Below are positions 63,561 to 64,000 of a DNA stretch of 64,000 nucleotides, in pieces. A program made the translations under genes and the position numbers. The stretch is from the NCBI RefSeq assembly GCF_046483245.1, contig NZ_JAWODO010000041.1:3836-67835 (forward strand). Reading direction: 5' to 3'. Numbering within the stretch: the stretch's first letter is position 1; every line of letters starts with the position of its first letter. The notes under the pieces are model-generated. The model saw nothing but the letters and a program-made list of their open reading frames with translations. It made no database searches and had not been told where the DNA came from. Source of the stretch: Desulfosalsimonas sp. (GTDB taxonomy: Bacteria; Desulfobacterota; Desulfobacteria; Desulfobacterales; Desulfosalsimonadaceae).

Positions 63561-64000
63561 ATGTCATATGAAACCATTGAGGTCGATGTTGCCGATGCCA
63601 TCGCCACCATCACCATCAACCGCCCCAAATCCTTAAACGCACTCAACGCCCAGGTGATTACTGAAATGCACGCAGCCGTTGATGAAATCGCGGCAAACGA
63701 TGATATCCGTGCGCTTCTGATCACTGGCGCAGGGGACAAAGCGTTTGTGGCCGGTGCCGACATCAGCGAACTGGCCAAACTCAACCCGGTCAGCGCCAAG
63801 CATTTTGCCTCCCGCGGCCATGAGCTCATGTTTAAAATCGAAGCCCTGCCCATTGCCGTTATAGCCGTGGTCAACGGTTTTGCATTGGGCGGCGGCCTGG
63901 AACTGGCCCTTTCCTGCGATTTCATTTATGCTGCGGACAACGCCAAAGTGGGACAGCCGGAAATCAATCTGGGCATTATCCCGGGATTCGGCGGCACCCA
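63561..64000 (+). CDS. Enoyl-CoA hydratase/crotonase family protein (partial; runs off the window)
   Basis: Not in the ORF track because no stop falls inside the window. The ATG at 63561 follows GGAGG. Translation gives 'MSYETIEVDVADAIATITINRPKSLNAL...GAGDKAFVAGADI...VVNGFALGGGLELALSCD'. Confidence 0.85.
   Translation, partial: MSYETIEVDVADAIATITINRPKSLNALNAQVITEMHAAVDEIAANDDIRALLITGAGDKAFVAGADISELAKLNPVSAKHFASRGHELMFKIEALPIAVIAVVNGFALGGGLELALSCDFIYAADNAKVGQPEINLGIIPGFGGT

Noticed and set aside
63479-63925. 148-aa minus-strand ORF at the right edge
   Set aside because: The plus strand from 63561 encodes an obvious crotonase ('VNGFALGGGLELALSCD') that the ORF track omits because it has no stop inside the window. 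The minus ORF is its antisense shadow.
1-64000. Search for CRISPR arrays, rRNA genes, IS elements with terminal inverted repeats, and toxin-antitoxin or restriction/defence gene pairs
   Set aside because: No regularly spaced short repeats, rRNA-like sequence, intact transposase or recognisable defence-system proteins were seen. The only mobility gene is the decayed integrase at 36026-36633.

Overview
This is a 64-kb bacterial chromosomal segment with fairly high G+C. All family calls rest on motif recognition in the ORF translations; no searches were run. The gene content (tRNA-Sec, plant-type DapB, LarC, MglA/MglB-like GTPase module, many Cache/HAMP/PilZ signalling proteins) suggests a Deltaproteobacterium/Desulfobacterota-type organism, but that is inference only.

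Most of the window is housekeeping:
- rpsF-rpsR-DUF2232-rplI, dnaB, hflX, suhB-like, a glcD-like gene and dnaA (with no dnaN downstream).
- A NamZ/DUF1343 gene, rnhA, plsB-like, a fused MurU-AmgK-like gene, plant-type dapB and an orphan family-5 substrate-binding protein.
- alaS-recA-thpR-pgpA, larC, an M20 peptidase, purB, an amiC-like amidase and mutS.
- An rpoH-led chain of translationally coupled envelope genes, tRNA-Arg(UCU), a PmtA-like methyltransferase and a partial crotonase at the right edge.

Two regions stand out:
1. **tRNA-Sec island (27172..36713).** A roughly 9.5-kb, visibly AT-richer island sits at tRNA-Sec (selC). It is bounded by a perfect 44-bp direct repeat that contains the last 25 nt of the tRNA. 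It carries a decayed tyrosine integrase plus a double-Cache histidine kinase, a LuxR-type regulator, an acyl-CoA synthetase, a permease and a universal stress protein.
2. **GTPase-ATPase cluster (39312..49765, minus strand).** Eleven co-directional genes link an MglB/MglA-type Roadblock and small-GTPase pair to a second Roadblock protein, a REC-DUF4388 regulator, a zinc-ribbon/HAMP membrane protein and three unassignable proteins. The cluster ends with a TPR-fused GspE/PilB-class ATPase, a canonical PilZ protein and a class III adenylate cyclase. No pilus or secretion structural genes are present. This is my best candidate for an undescribed system.

No CRISPR array, rRNA or intact transposase was seen.
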